NCBI GenBank assembly: GCA_045656225.1
Contig: JAZOQU010000040.1
Span: 4,697-68,696 of the forward strand
Reading direction: 5' to 3'
Length of the DNA stretch: 64,000 nucleotides
Source of the DNA: Kiritimatiellia bacterium
GTDB taxonomy: Bacteria; Verrucomicrobiota; Kiritimatiellia; RFP12; UBA1067
Shown in pieces: positions 18,225-28,000 of this stretch. The notes under the pieces are model-generated. The model saw only the letters and a program-made list of their open reading frames with translations, was not told the DNA's origin and did not search any database. The position numbers were made by a program, and so were the translations under genes. How positions within the stretch are numbered: position 1 is the stretch's first letter; every line of letters begins with the position of its first letter.

Positions 18225-20102
18225 ATGCATAATTCCACTATATACGATGTTATTGTAATTGGCGGTGGGCATGCCGGCTGTGAAGCTGCCTTGGCTGCGG
18301 CTCGAATTGGTGTTAACACACTTCTTATCACCTCAGCGATTGACGCCATTGGTAAAATGCCTTGCAACCCGTCTATTGGGGGTCTTGCAAAAAGCCATCT
18401 TGTCTATGAGCTTGATGCACTCGGAGGCGAAATGGGAAAAAATGCCGACGCTACTGCCCTTCAATCTAAAACTCTCAATTCAAGTAGAGGCCCGGCCGTT
18501 CAAGCTACACGCACCCAATGTGCCAAGCTTGAATATTCTCTTAGAATGAAAAATATAGTCTTGTCTCAAGAAAATCTCACAGTAATTCAAGACTCGGCCA
18601 TAAGTATTTTAACTGACAATGATCTAAAAGATAATAAGATTTTATCTACTGGAATTAAGACTGAATTACATGGCGATATATATTCTAAGACTATTGTAAT
18701 TACCTCCGGCACATCACTACGCGGAAAAATCTGGATTGGAAAAGAAGGTATTGAAAGCGCCGGCGATAACCGTCCTGCTGTAAATAAGCTTTCTGAATCA
18801 TTAGAAACACTCGGATTCAAATTAATCCGCCTAAAAACCGGTACACCCCCAAGATTAAGAGCTTCCAGTTGTGATTTTTCAAAGTGTAAGCGCCAAAATG
18901 GTGAAAATCCACGCCCATTGTTCCACGTGGAACATCAAAACAATCGACAATCCTGTCTATTAAATTGTTCCACGTGGAACAAATATAAATCTAATACACC
19001 CCCAGAAGGATGTTCCACGTGGAACAAAAGCCTAAATTTACCTGAATATCCATGTTGGATGACACATACTAACAGTAAAACACATGAAATTATTAGGTCT
19101 AATTTAGATAAGTCTGCATTGTATGGTGGAGCAATTGTTGGTACAGGTGTTAGATATTGCCCGTCTATTGAAGATAAAATCGTAAGATTTGTAACTGCAG
19201 ATTCACATCATGTAATGCTTGAGCCGGAAGATTCTAAAGGTGAAATAATATATCCAAACGGATTAAGCTGCAGTCTACCAAAAAAAGTACAGGAAGAAAT
19301 GGTTCATTCTATTGTTGGTTTGGAGAATGCAGAATTTCTGGCGTACGCATACGCTATCGAATATGATGGTATAGATTCAAGAGAGTTGAAACATTCCCTT
19401 GAATCAAAACGTATAGATGGTCTCTTTTTTGCCGGACAAGTAAACGGCACAACCGGATATGAAGAAGCTGCTGCACAGGGGTTAATTGCCGGAATAAATG
19501 CAGCTCTTCTAACTAAAGGGGAGAATCCGTTAATTCTCAGCAGACAAGATGCTTATATAGGTGTAATGATTGATGATCTTGTTACTAAAGGTACTGATGA
19601 ACCGTATCGAATGTTCACAAGCCGTGCAGAAAGGCGCTTGATACTTCGTCAGGATAATGCAAGATTCAGACTTGTCGATGCAGCTGAAAAAATTGGAATC
19701 ATTTCTAAGGATCAAATAAAAGCAACCCGTCTTGTTTATAACTATATCATAAATGTTAATAACTTGACTGTTGAAGAGTTTATCGAAAATGTAAAATCAG
19801 ATTCCTTTACAGTAGAAAAATGGTTCAGTAAATCTGATATTGAAAATGAGATTAGGATTATGCGTCAATACGCACCGTATATTGAGCAAGAAGAAAAGGC
19901 TGCCCAAAGAGCCAAAGAAGATGAAAACATCAAACTTCCTAAATGGCTTGATTATGACAAGTGTACCGCAGTACGATATGAAAGTCGCGAAAAACTGAAA
20001 AAATACAGGCCGGAAACATTGGCACAAGCTAATAGGATACCGGGAGTGAATCCTGCAGATATCGCTGTTTTGGCAATTATAATTAAAAGAGGTAAGATTT
20101 GA
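18225..20102 (+). CDS. mnmG: tRNA uridine-5-carboxymethylaminomethyl modification enzyme
   Basis: FAD motif [45 protein letters not shown]; carries an extra segment with three parS palindromes. Confidence 0.93.
   Translation: MHNSTIYDVIVIGGGHAGCEAALAAARIGVNTLLITSAIDAIGKMPCNPSIGGLAKSHLVYELDALGGEMGKNADATALQSKTLNSSRGPAVQATRTQCAKLEYSLRMKNIVLSQENLTVIQDSAISILTDNDLKDNKILSTGIKTELHGDIYSKTIVITSGTSLRGKIWIGKEGIESAGDNRPAVNKLSESLETLGFKLIRLKTGTPPRLRASSCDFSKCKRQNGENPRPLFHVEHQNNRQSCLLNCSTWNKYKSNTPPEGCSTWNKSLNLPEYPCWMTHTNSKTHEIIRSNLDKSALYGGAIVGTGVRYCPSIEDKIVRFVTADSHHVMLEPEDSKGEIIYPNGLSCSLPKKVQEEMVHSIVGLENAEFLAYAYAIEYDGIDSRELKHSLESKRIDGLFFAGQVNGTTGYEEAAAQGLIAGINAALLTKGENPLILSRQDAYIGVMIDDLVTKGTDEPYRMFTSRAERRLILRQDNARFRLVDAAEKIGIISKDQIKATRLVYNYIINVNNLTVEEFIENVKSDSFTVEKWFSKSDIENEIRIMRQYAPYIEQEEKAAQRAKEDENIKLPKWLDYDKCTAVRYESREKLKKYRPETLAQANRIPGVNPADIAVLAIIIKRGKI
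18919..18934. promoter_or_regulatory. parS-like centromere palindrome TGTTCCACGTGGAACA (copy 1)
   Basis: Perfect 16-bp palindrome matching the parS consensus TGTTNCACGTGAAACA at 15 of 16 positions (one half-site exact, A to G at position 12). Confidence 0.7.
18966..18981. promoter_or_regulatory. parS-like centromere palindrome (copy 2)
   Basis: 16-mer identical to copy 1, 47 bp downstream. Confidence 0.7.
19011..19026. promoter_or_regulatory. parS-like centromere palindrome (copy 3)
   Basis: 16-mer identical to copy 1, 45 bp downstream of copy 2. Confidence 0.7.
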
Positions 20103-20217
20103 TTTAAATTTTTTATAAAGTTATCAACATAAATTGTTAATAAGTTGATTATACAAGTTGACTACTTATTGTTGATAACTTTCAGCAAAGTATGATATAG
20201 TAATCACGCTGAAACTA
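20103..20217. promoter_or_regulatory. dnaA upstream region with DnaA-box-like sites
   Basis: Perfect TTATCAACA at 20121-20129 and TGTTGATAA at 20170-20178, plus degenerate TGTTAATAA and AGTTGATTA. Confidence 0.55.
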
Positions 20218-21669
20218 TTGAAAGATTTAAAAATGAATAATAACGAGATTGATAATGCCTCCACAGATCTTTGGGAGCGTGCCATAACGATTTATCTGTC
20301 GACTTTACGCAACGATGAAGAACGTTCGCAAGCCGACAATTATTTCGCAATGATCACTTCTATCTCCGTAAATGACAATATCTTTACAATCTTTGTCAAA
20401 AACAAGTTCGCCGCTCAGTATCTCCAGGATAAATATGCCGAAAAACTTAAATTCTCGCTTAATCTCGCTGGAGGAAGCAAAGACAGCATACTTGAATTTA
20501 AAGAAGATCCAAAATCAAATCCTGTTATAATTCAACCTTTCACTCCAAAACCGGTTCCTGAAAATAGTCCGGCTCAAAATTTCAAGGATCAAAAGCAGGC
20601 TACGACACCTTTTATATCGACTCTTCCTCTCGAGGAAAACTACACCTTTGAAGAATTTGTTCAAGGTTCCTCCAACAGCTGGGCCTTCGCCGCGGCTAAA
20701 GGTGTAGCAAATAATCCCGGTCAAAAAAGTTACAATCCTCTGTTTATTCATGGTGGCACAGGATTGGGAAAAACGCATTTGATGCAGGCTATCGGCAATG
20801 AATTGAAGAAAAAAAATCCTTCAATGTCGATATGTTACCTGACCGCTGAAACATTTCTTAATGAATACGTAAATGCTCTTCAGCAGAAGGGTATGGAATC
20901 GTTCCGTGAAAAATACAGATCAATCGATGTTCTGTTGGTTGACGACATCCAGTTTCTTCAAAAAGGTAAACAGTGTCAGGAGGAATTCTTCAACACGTTC
21001 AACGATCTGACATGGAAACATAAACAGATTGTGATGACTTCGGACGTTTCGCCTAAAAATCTTCCGGCACTTGAAGAAAGGTTGATTTCGCGTTTTATCG
21101 GCGGTATGGTCCAGGAAATCGAAGCCCCCGGATACGAAACACGTTTGGCCATTCTGCAAAAAAAGGCCGAAAACCTAACTCCATCCATACCGCAATCCAC
21201 TCTTGAATTCCTGGCCGAGCACATTAAAAGCCATGTTCGCGCGATGGAAGGGGCTCTGGCTAAAGTTCATGTTACAATTTCAATAAATCCCACACAGGAA
21301 TTGACGCAGGATTTTCTTGCGTTAATCCTGAAAGATTTCATAGAAAAGGAACAATCTCTTAAAAAACTTACAATCCGCGAAATACAGGAATGCATCTGTA
21401 AAAAGTACGGCGTCTCGATAGGACAGATTCTTTCGTCGGACAGAACCGCCTCGCTGGTGACGCCACGCCAGCTCGCAATGTACATTTCACGCAAATACAC
21501 AACGAAGAGTCTTCAGGAAATCGCAGCTGAATTCGACAAAAAACACGCTACAATTCTTCACGGTGTAAAGGCAATAGAAAAACGTCTTGATGTGGAAGGC
21601 GAACTTAAAGCCGTTCTCGGTGAGGTTTTAGGAGAGTTTGGCTATAGCATCGCGGATAAAATGGAATAA
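20218..21669 (+). CDS. dnaA: Chromosomal replication initiator protein DnaA (track start is TTG; ATG at 20233 is more likely)
   Basis: Walker A GGTGLGKTHL, Walker B LLVDDIQF, C-terminal DNA-binding region RQLAMYISRKYT...HATILHGVKAIE. Confidence 0.95.
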   Translation: MKDLKMNNNEIDNASTDLWERAITIYLSTLRNDEERSQADNYFAMITSISVNDNIFTIFVKNKFAAQYLQDKYAEKLKFSLNLAGGSKDSILEFKEDPKSNPVIIQPFTPKPVPENSPAQNFKDQKQATTPFISTLPLEENYTFEEFVQGSSNSWAFAAAKGVANNPGQKSYNPLFIHGGTGLGKTHLMQAIGNELKKKNPSMSICYLTAETFLNEYVNALQQKGMESFREKYRSIDVLLVDDIQFLQKGKQCQEEFFNTFNDLTWKHKQIVMTSDVSPKNLPALEERLISRFIGGMVQEIEAPGYETRLAILQKKAENLTPSIPQSTLEFLAEHIKSHVRAMEGALAKVHVTISINPTQELTQDFLALILKDFIEKEQSLKKLTIREIQECICKKYGVSIGQILSSDRTASLVTPRQLAMYISRKYTTKSLQEIAAEFDKKHATILHGVKAIEKRLDVEGELKAVLGEVLGEFGYSIADKME

Positions 21670-21946
21670 ACAATTTAATCTACAGACATGTTTATAAAGT
21701 GTAAAGTTATAAACCTTTATCTTCTTATATGAAAGTTATCAAAGCTATCTTAAAAAAGAATGACAGGTAATCAACACCGGAAAATAAAAAAAGTCCAATA
21801 AAATAAAGCTGAAAATAAGTTATCTACACTGTCTACAATTCTATTAATAATATATACACTCTTTAATTAATCATTATTATTTGATACAATTGATGACAAG
21901 TGAAAAATCGTGAAGTCAAACCTCCAAGATTCAGAAAGAAACAAAA
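21670..21946. promoter_or_regulatory. AT-rich dnaA-dnaN intergenic region; oriC/DUE candidate
   Basis: Degenerate boxes TTATCAAAG, TAATCACA-like TAATCAACA, TTATCTACA; very AT-rich run 21840-21900. Confidence 0.45.
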
Positions 21947-23041
21947 ATGAAATTTAAAATTTTGAGATCAACGTTTATAGACGGGTTGAAGTCTGTTCAG
22001 AATATAGTTGGTTCTAAAGGTTCGCTTCCCATTCTTCAGAATGTGCTTCTTGAAGCCAACGGCAAAGAACTCAAGATGACGACGACCGATCTCGATATTT
22101 CAATCAAGAGTTCGGTTGAGTGCGAAGTTGTTGAGCACGGTGTTTCGACTCTTCCCGTAAAACTTCTTTTCAATTCCGTTTCAAAAGTTGCCGAAGGAAT
22201 TGTCGAAATAGAGATTGATGCCCGCGAGAGCGCTTCTATCACGGCCGGATCGGCGAAATTTAAAATCGCAGGTCTTCCTGAATCCGATTTTCCGCGTCTT
22301 CCGCAGAGCGATGATACATACGCTTATGAGTTAGAGAGCCAGACTCTTAAAGAAATGTTGCGTAAAACGTCATACGCTGCGTCCCAGGATGATACACGCC
22401 GTACTCTTAAGGGTGTATTGATGAGTTTTAAGGACATGAAGCTTACGATGGTCGCTACCGACGGCCGCCGTCTCGCCCTTGTTGAAAAAGAGATGGAATT
22501 TCCCTCTTCCGCCGAAAGGGATATAGTTCTTCCTTCGAAAGCGGTTCAAGAGCTTCAGCGTGCTCTTGGCGGTGAAGGTAATGTAAAGGTTATGGTCCAG
22601 AAAAGTCAGATATGCTTTGAGATAGGTAATATGAAAATCTATTCGAAGCTTATGGATGACGCATACCCGAATTATGTTCAGGTTATTCCGAAGAGTTGCT
22701 CCGAAAGTATTACAGTAGACCGTCAGCTGCTTCTTAACGCTCTCGAACGTGCGAGCGTTATGACGATGGATGAAGCGCATTCAACCAAACTCATTTTTGA
22801 GGATAATCGACTCACTGTGACTTCAGCCGCCAACGAGATAGGTTCTGCAAGTGATGAGGTTCCGATAAAGTTCGGAGGTCAAAAGCTTGAAATCATGTTT
22901 AATCCTAATTATGTGATGGATCCTCTCAAGGCTATAGATGATGATGAGATAAAGATAGAATTGAACAACGGTCATTCACCTGCGGTCATTAAATGTTCGA
23001 TTCCTTTCCTTTATGTTTTAATGCCTTTACGCACTTCGTGA
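21947..23041 (+). CDS. dnaN: DNA polymerase III beta sliding clamp
   Basis: 364 aa, MKFKILRSTFIDGLKSVQNIV N-terminus, three-domain length, C-terminus ...YVLMPLR; directly downstream of dnaA. Confidence 0.92.
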   Translation: MKFKILRSTFIDGLKSVQNIVGSKGSLPILQNVLLEANGKELKMTTTDLDISIKSSVECEVVEHGVSTLPVKLLFNSVSKVAEGIVEIEIDARESASITAGSAKFKIAGLPESDFPRLPQSDDTYAYELESQTLKEMLRKTSYAASQDDTRRTLKGVLMSFKDMKLTMVATDGRRLALVEKEMEFPSSAERDIVLPSKAVQELQRALGGEGNVKVMVQKSQICFEIGNMKIYSKLMDDAYPNYVQVIPKSCSESITVDRQLLLNALERASVMTMDEAHSTKLIFEDNRLTVTSAANEIGSASDEVPIKFGGQKLEIMFNPNYVMDPLKAIDDDEIKIELNNGHSPAVIKCSIPFLYVLMPLRTS

Positions 23042-23077
23042 TTATTTAAAATTATAAAAAGGTCAAAGGGTAGGCCT

Positions 23078-24310
23078 ATGAGACTTTTTACAGACAAGAA
23101 TTATCCGATTATAGTATCATGCGCGAAGGAGCTTTCCCGGTGGGTGGAGATCGAGCTCCTTGATATGGGTTATAAAATCGTAGAGGTTACCGAGAATACC
23201 GTTGTGATTCGCGGTGATATGCGCGATGTAATGAGATTGAATCTCAATTTGCGCTGCGCACATCGTATACTTGTTCCTCTTCTTCGCGCTGACTGCCGTA
23301 ATATTCGCGATCTTTATGAATTGGCTTACAGCATAGATTGGGAAAATATTTTAGAGGCTGACGGTTATTTTTCAGTTTCATCAATCGTTCATAATTATAC
23401 GATTCGCGATACGCGCCTGCCGTCGCTTTATACCAAGGATGCCATAGCCGACAGAATGCGCGATAAGTGCCAACGCCGTCCTGATTCAGGTGGCGCGAAC
23501 ATAGGAGCCGCCGTATTTGTGTATTGGGAAAAAAACCAGGTTATAATTTATCTCGATACTTCCGGCGAACCTTTGTCAAAACGCGGGTACCGTAAAATTC
23601 CCGGATCTGCACCGATGCAGGAAACATTAGCGGCAGCGTGTTTGATGGGAATGGGTTGGAAGGGTGATAAACCGTTTCTTTCTCCAATGTGCGGCAGCGG
23701 AACGCCCGCTATTGAAGCGGCAATGATTGCGCTTAATAAAGCCCCTGGTTCATTAAAGGGTCATTTTGCTTTTCAGTCCATTAAAGGATATAATAGAATA
23801 ATTCCCGGTGAGTCCGCGCCGAATGTCGCTCCGCGTCAGCGTGCCGGCGCATCGCCTGAACAAATCTGGAAAGAAATGATTCTTGAAGCGAAAGCCAAAG
23901 AGAAAAAAGACGGCATTCCCAAGATTATTGCCACCGACATTTCTCCGGAGGCCGTTGAAAACGCTCACTCTAATGCTATAGCGGCAGGTGTTGCCCAGTA
24001 TATAGAATTTAAGGCGTGCGATTTTGCAGATACGCCGATTCCTGAGGGAAAGGGTGCCATTTTCTTCAACCCTGAATATGGTATTCGACTTGGAACATTT
24101 GAAGAGCTTGCTCCGATTTACGAGCGTATAGGAAAATTTCTTTCAGAAAAACTAAATGGTTGGACAGGCGCATTGATTACAGGTAATCCTGATCTTGCCC
24201 GTCTTGTGGATCTTTATTATAAAACTCGCATTCCATTCTTTAACGGGCCGATAGACTGCAGATTGTTTATATATCCCGGTTGCGAGGTGAAAGGGTATAA
24301 TAAACAATGA
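23078..24310 (+). CDS. THUMP-domain class I SAM-dependent RNA methyltransferase (RlmL/UPF0020-like)
   Basis: N-terminal THUMP-like region, SAM motif I PMCGSGT, catalytic-type motif FFNPEYG. Confidence 0.75.
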   Translation: MRLFTDKNYPIIVSCAKELSRWVEIELLDMGYKIVEVTENTVVIRGDMRDVMRLNLNLRCAHRILVPLLRADCRNIRDLYELAYSIDWENILEADGYFSVSSIVHNYTIRDTRLPSLYTKDAIADRMRDKCQRRPDSGGANIGAAVFVYWEKNQVIIYLDTSGEPLSKRGYRKIPGSAPMQETLAAACLMGMGWKGDKPFLSPMCGSGTPAIEAAMIALNKAPGSLKGHFAFQSIKGYNRIIPGESAPNVAPRQRAGASPEQIWKEMILEAKAKEKKDGIPKIIATDISPEAVENAHSNAIAAGVAQYIEFKACDFADTPIPEGKGAIFFNPEYGIRLGTFEELAPIYERIGKFLSEKLNGWTGALITGNPDLARLVDLYYKTRIPFFNGPIDCRLFIYPGCEVKGYNKQ

Positions 24311-25044
24311 GTCAGGGTGCTTTTGATTTTAATGAGTTCATCGAGCCTAAAAAAAATCAGGTAGTTGAAACCGTAGAGGTTGTCGAAGAAAATACAACGG
24401 TAGAGAATGAGCCGGTAGAAGAAACCGTTGAAGAATTTGACGGCAGCGAAGATATCGATGTCCAAAAGGCAGTTGTAGAATCTTTGGCAGCCGATAAAGC
24501 GGCTTTGGATTGTGAACTGGATAATCTTAAAAACACTCTAACTGAAAAAGATTCCAAGCTTGCTGAAAGGGAAAATGAAATAAACTCTTTGAAAGAGGTT
24601 CTTTCGAAAAAGGATTTTGAAATTTCTTTTTTGAAAGTCGAACTTTCAAAGAAGGATTCCGAGCTTACCAAAAATCTCGAAAAGCAGCTGGACGCTCAGG
24701 AAAGGAATCCGAATGCTCTAGCGCTTCTTGATCGTGAGGTTGAACTTCCCGATCGTTTTCCTGGAGAGACGCGCGATCATGTTCTTGAAGTTATAAAAGA
24801 AGCGCGTGACAAAGCCGAATCGGAAGGTCGCCGTCGCCGTGCCCAAATTCTCGAGTCAGTTCTTGTAGCGAATGAGCCTAACGGTACACTCGCTGAAAGA
24901 CGCTTAAGCGTAGAGAAAGTATTTGCTGAAAATAATAATATAATAAGTGGAGCAGTAATTGAAAAGCTGACCGAGTTTGAACTTTCTCACAAGGAAGGTG
25001 AAGAATATTTATTGGCCAGCGAAATTCTACTCCGTAATTTTTAA
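24307..25044 (+). CDS. Acidic coiled-coil protein, unknown function
   Basis: ATGA overlap with the methyltransferase; Glu/Val-rich N-terminus, heptad-like KDSKLAERENEINSLKEVLSKKDFEISFLKVELSKKDSEL. Confidence 0.5.
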   Translation: MSQGAFDFNEFIEPKKNQVVETVEVVEENTTVENEPVEETVEEFDGSEDIDVQKAVVESLAADKAALDCELDNLKNTLTEKDSKLAERENEINSLKEVLSKKDFEISFLKVELSKKDSELTKNLEKQLDAQERNPNALALLDREVELPDRFPGETRDHVLEVIKEARDKAESEGRRRRAQILESVLVANEPNGTLAERRLSVEKVFAENNNIISGAVIEKLTEFELSHKEGEEYLLASEILLRNF

Positions 25045-25055
25045 ATTTCAGAGTA

Positions 25056-28000
25056 ATGCGAAATATACTGACCTTATTCTTTGTCGCTTTTGTATTTAAT
25101 ATTTCACTATTTGCGGAGACGGCATTTGAAGCGGTTGTTAAAGGCTTGGGCGAATTTACCGTTTCGCGCGCTGACGCGGAGAATGCCACTTATAAGATCC
25201 GTTATCCTAATGCTGGCCCTCACAAGGGCGGTGTTCAGGTTTATGAAGATAGGTACATATCGTATTCCGCGCGAATGAATTTAGTTAGGCGCGGCTTAAC
25301 GGATAAACTCCCTAAACGGACTTTATATAAGGATTGTTACGTTTGGATAACGGGTGATGGTATTGAGAAGAATGTTGAATATTCGCAACTTCCTTACTTT
25401 CATTCAGGTTACGGCCTTTATCCGTCTGATGATGTTCCTAAATTTATGAGTGAATGGCGCAAGAAGTATGCTACTGGTAAGGATCGCGCCTATACATTCC
25501 GTTTTCTCCCTGATCACGACGATAACCGTACTCTTGTTTTTATCGACGGATCTTTAGTTGGGAGTATCCCTGGCATCAATCCCGTTATAGATGTGCGTAG
25601 TACGAATATGACGATCGTAAAGAAGGGAACTATTGAAGTTCTCTCTCAGATCGGTATGTATTCTTTACCCGTTCTCGATCCTGCGCGTCCTCATCCTCTT
25701 CTTGCGAAAGGTGCTAAACTCTCAATCGGTTCGGGCGTTAAAAAGTTCGACAATATTTTAATCGACGTTTGGAAGCCTGAGAATTCTGTAGATCAGTCGA
25801 AGATTCGCCAGACGACTCCTCATCGTGATCTTGTGTGGGATCCGATCTTTGCGCGTACGCGTTATCAGACGGGTCCGGAATATATGCATTGGGTAGTTCC
25901 GTGTAAGAGCTGGCTTTATGCGTGGGTAGTCTGCGCTGACATTCCGATGGAAGGCCGTGAACCTATTCTCGGCGTTCAGCTCGCTAAGCTTGGTAGAGGA
26001 TGCAGCCAAGGTAATATCAATATTTCGAAAGATAGGCTCGATGAGGCGTCACCTAATAAAAAAGTGATTGGCGAACTAGAGTATGTGAATAAAGAAGGTA
26101 AGCTCGTTAAGACACCTCTCTATCTCGTTAGACTTACGCTTGATCCAACTAAGCTCGGATCTCGCTTCATGAATAAATTTTCGCTCGACTTTGATTTCGT
26201 AGGTGACGGCGGTAGAAAATGGAATAAGTTGACTTCTGTTCAGATTTTTGGCGCGACTCTCCAAGAAGCTCCATTCTCGTTTAAGATCGTCAATCCTGTG
26301 CGCGGCAATATTTTCGAGCAGGGTACGGATGAAAAGAAGTGTTCAGTAGAAATTGTCGCCGAGACCGACGATGTCGAGGGTACTTTCGAAATTGAAATTA
26401 CCGATCCATATTTTAAGACTCTTAAAAAGTGGTCGAAGAAATTTAATTTCGCTAAGAATGGCGAGAAGCTTAATATTCCGATTAATCTCACTGATTTTGG
26501 AGTCGGCTGGTACGCTATGTTCTATAAGTTTAAGGATGCCTCTGGTTATGTTCTCGCCCAGCATGAAGCGGCGTTTACTGTTCTCGCTCCTGACGACCGT
26601 GAAGCAGGTTACGAGTCGCCATACGCTGGTTGGCCGCTTTTGAACGGTTATCACGGCGCTAACCCGAATCCGATTGAGCAGCTAGATATTATGCGAAAGG
26701 CCGGCTATCGTAAAACATGGGGTCAGTCGCTCCACGTTAAGAGCGAAGAGGAAGGTAAGCCTTGGAAGATTACGATGAGCTCGATTTATCAGCAGCTTCC
26801 GTATAATTCAGGGCGCCCGACTAAAACTTATGATGAGCTCGTGAAAAAATTCGACCGTGGTGTAGAGAAAGCTCGTGAAGCGTTTGAGAAGTTCCCTCAT
26901 TGTAATGTCATTCAGCTTCTCCACGAACAGGGCGGCAGAGATCTCGCTTACGAAGTCGCTCGTGAAAGACCCGCGGTGCGCGGCGAATATCGTGGTTGGG
27001 ATTTTGATAATCCTGGTGATTACGATAAGAGCCAGGAGGTCAGAGCTCGCTGGGAAGTATTCTTCTGTACGGAATTCTGTAAGCGCATGCGAAAGGAATT
27101 TCCCGGTAAGCGCATTATGATCGGCAACGGCTCTTCGGCTTCCGAAAAAATCGCCGCGCTTATTAGTAACGGCTTTGATCTCTCTCTCGTCGATCAGCTT
27201 GGTATTGAATCGAAGGGCTTTCAGGCGATGCCTGAACTTAATGCCAATCGCGAGTCTCCAGGAATGCTCTGGGCTCTTCGCGAGACGGGGCGCGTTTTCG
27301 GTTATACGAACTTTACGCTCAACGCTTGCAACGAATTTGTATTTCGTCCTGAGCGCACCGTTCAGCGTACTTGGTCACGCGATAAGATCATGCAGGTTAC
27401 TGATTTCTCGGTACGCGATTATTTAATCTGCCTTATCTGGGGCTGCGATATCATTTCGACGGGGCACCTCGAAGACGCGAATGACGCGTACTACGACACC
27501 AACTGGGGTGCGGCTGGACAGTGTAAGTTCTATCCGTATTCATACCCGAAGAGAATGTATACGGCGCTTGCGGTTTTGACGCGCGTTCTCGACTGTCCCG
27601 AATTTTTGCGCATGGTTGATTCGGGCGAGAATTCATCATACATAGCGGAGTTTAGGCGCAACCGTAAAACGCCCGATTTCGCGTATGCGCTTTGGACGCC
27701 ACTTTTTGGCGCGACTGCTAAAGTTAAGTTCCCTGTCAGCGCTAAGATTAAGGTCTATGATATTTGGGGACGCGAGTCTACGCTAGCTGAGAATGGTGAA
27801 ATCGACATTGGCTCATCGCCATGCTACATCGTTTCTACTGAGAAGATGGAAGGCGCGAAAATTGTCCGTCACTTCCAGCAAGGGCTCGCGGGCCGCGAAT
27901 ACAAAAAGATATTTGATTGTACAATTGAGAATTCATTTGTTTCATCCGTTACGAATCCGCCTAAGCTAAGCCGCGCTTATGATTCTCCCGTGTATCTCGG

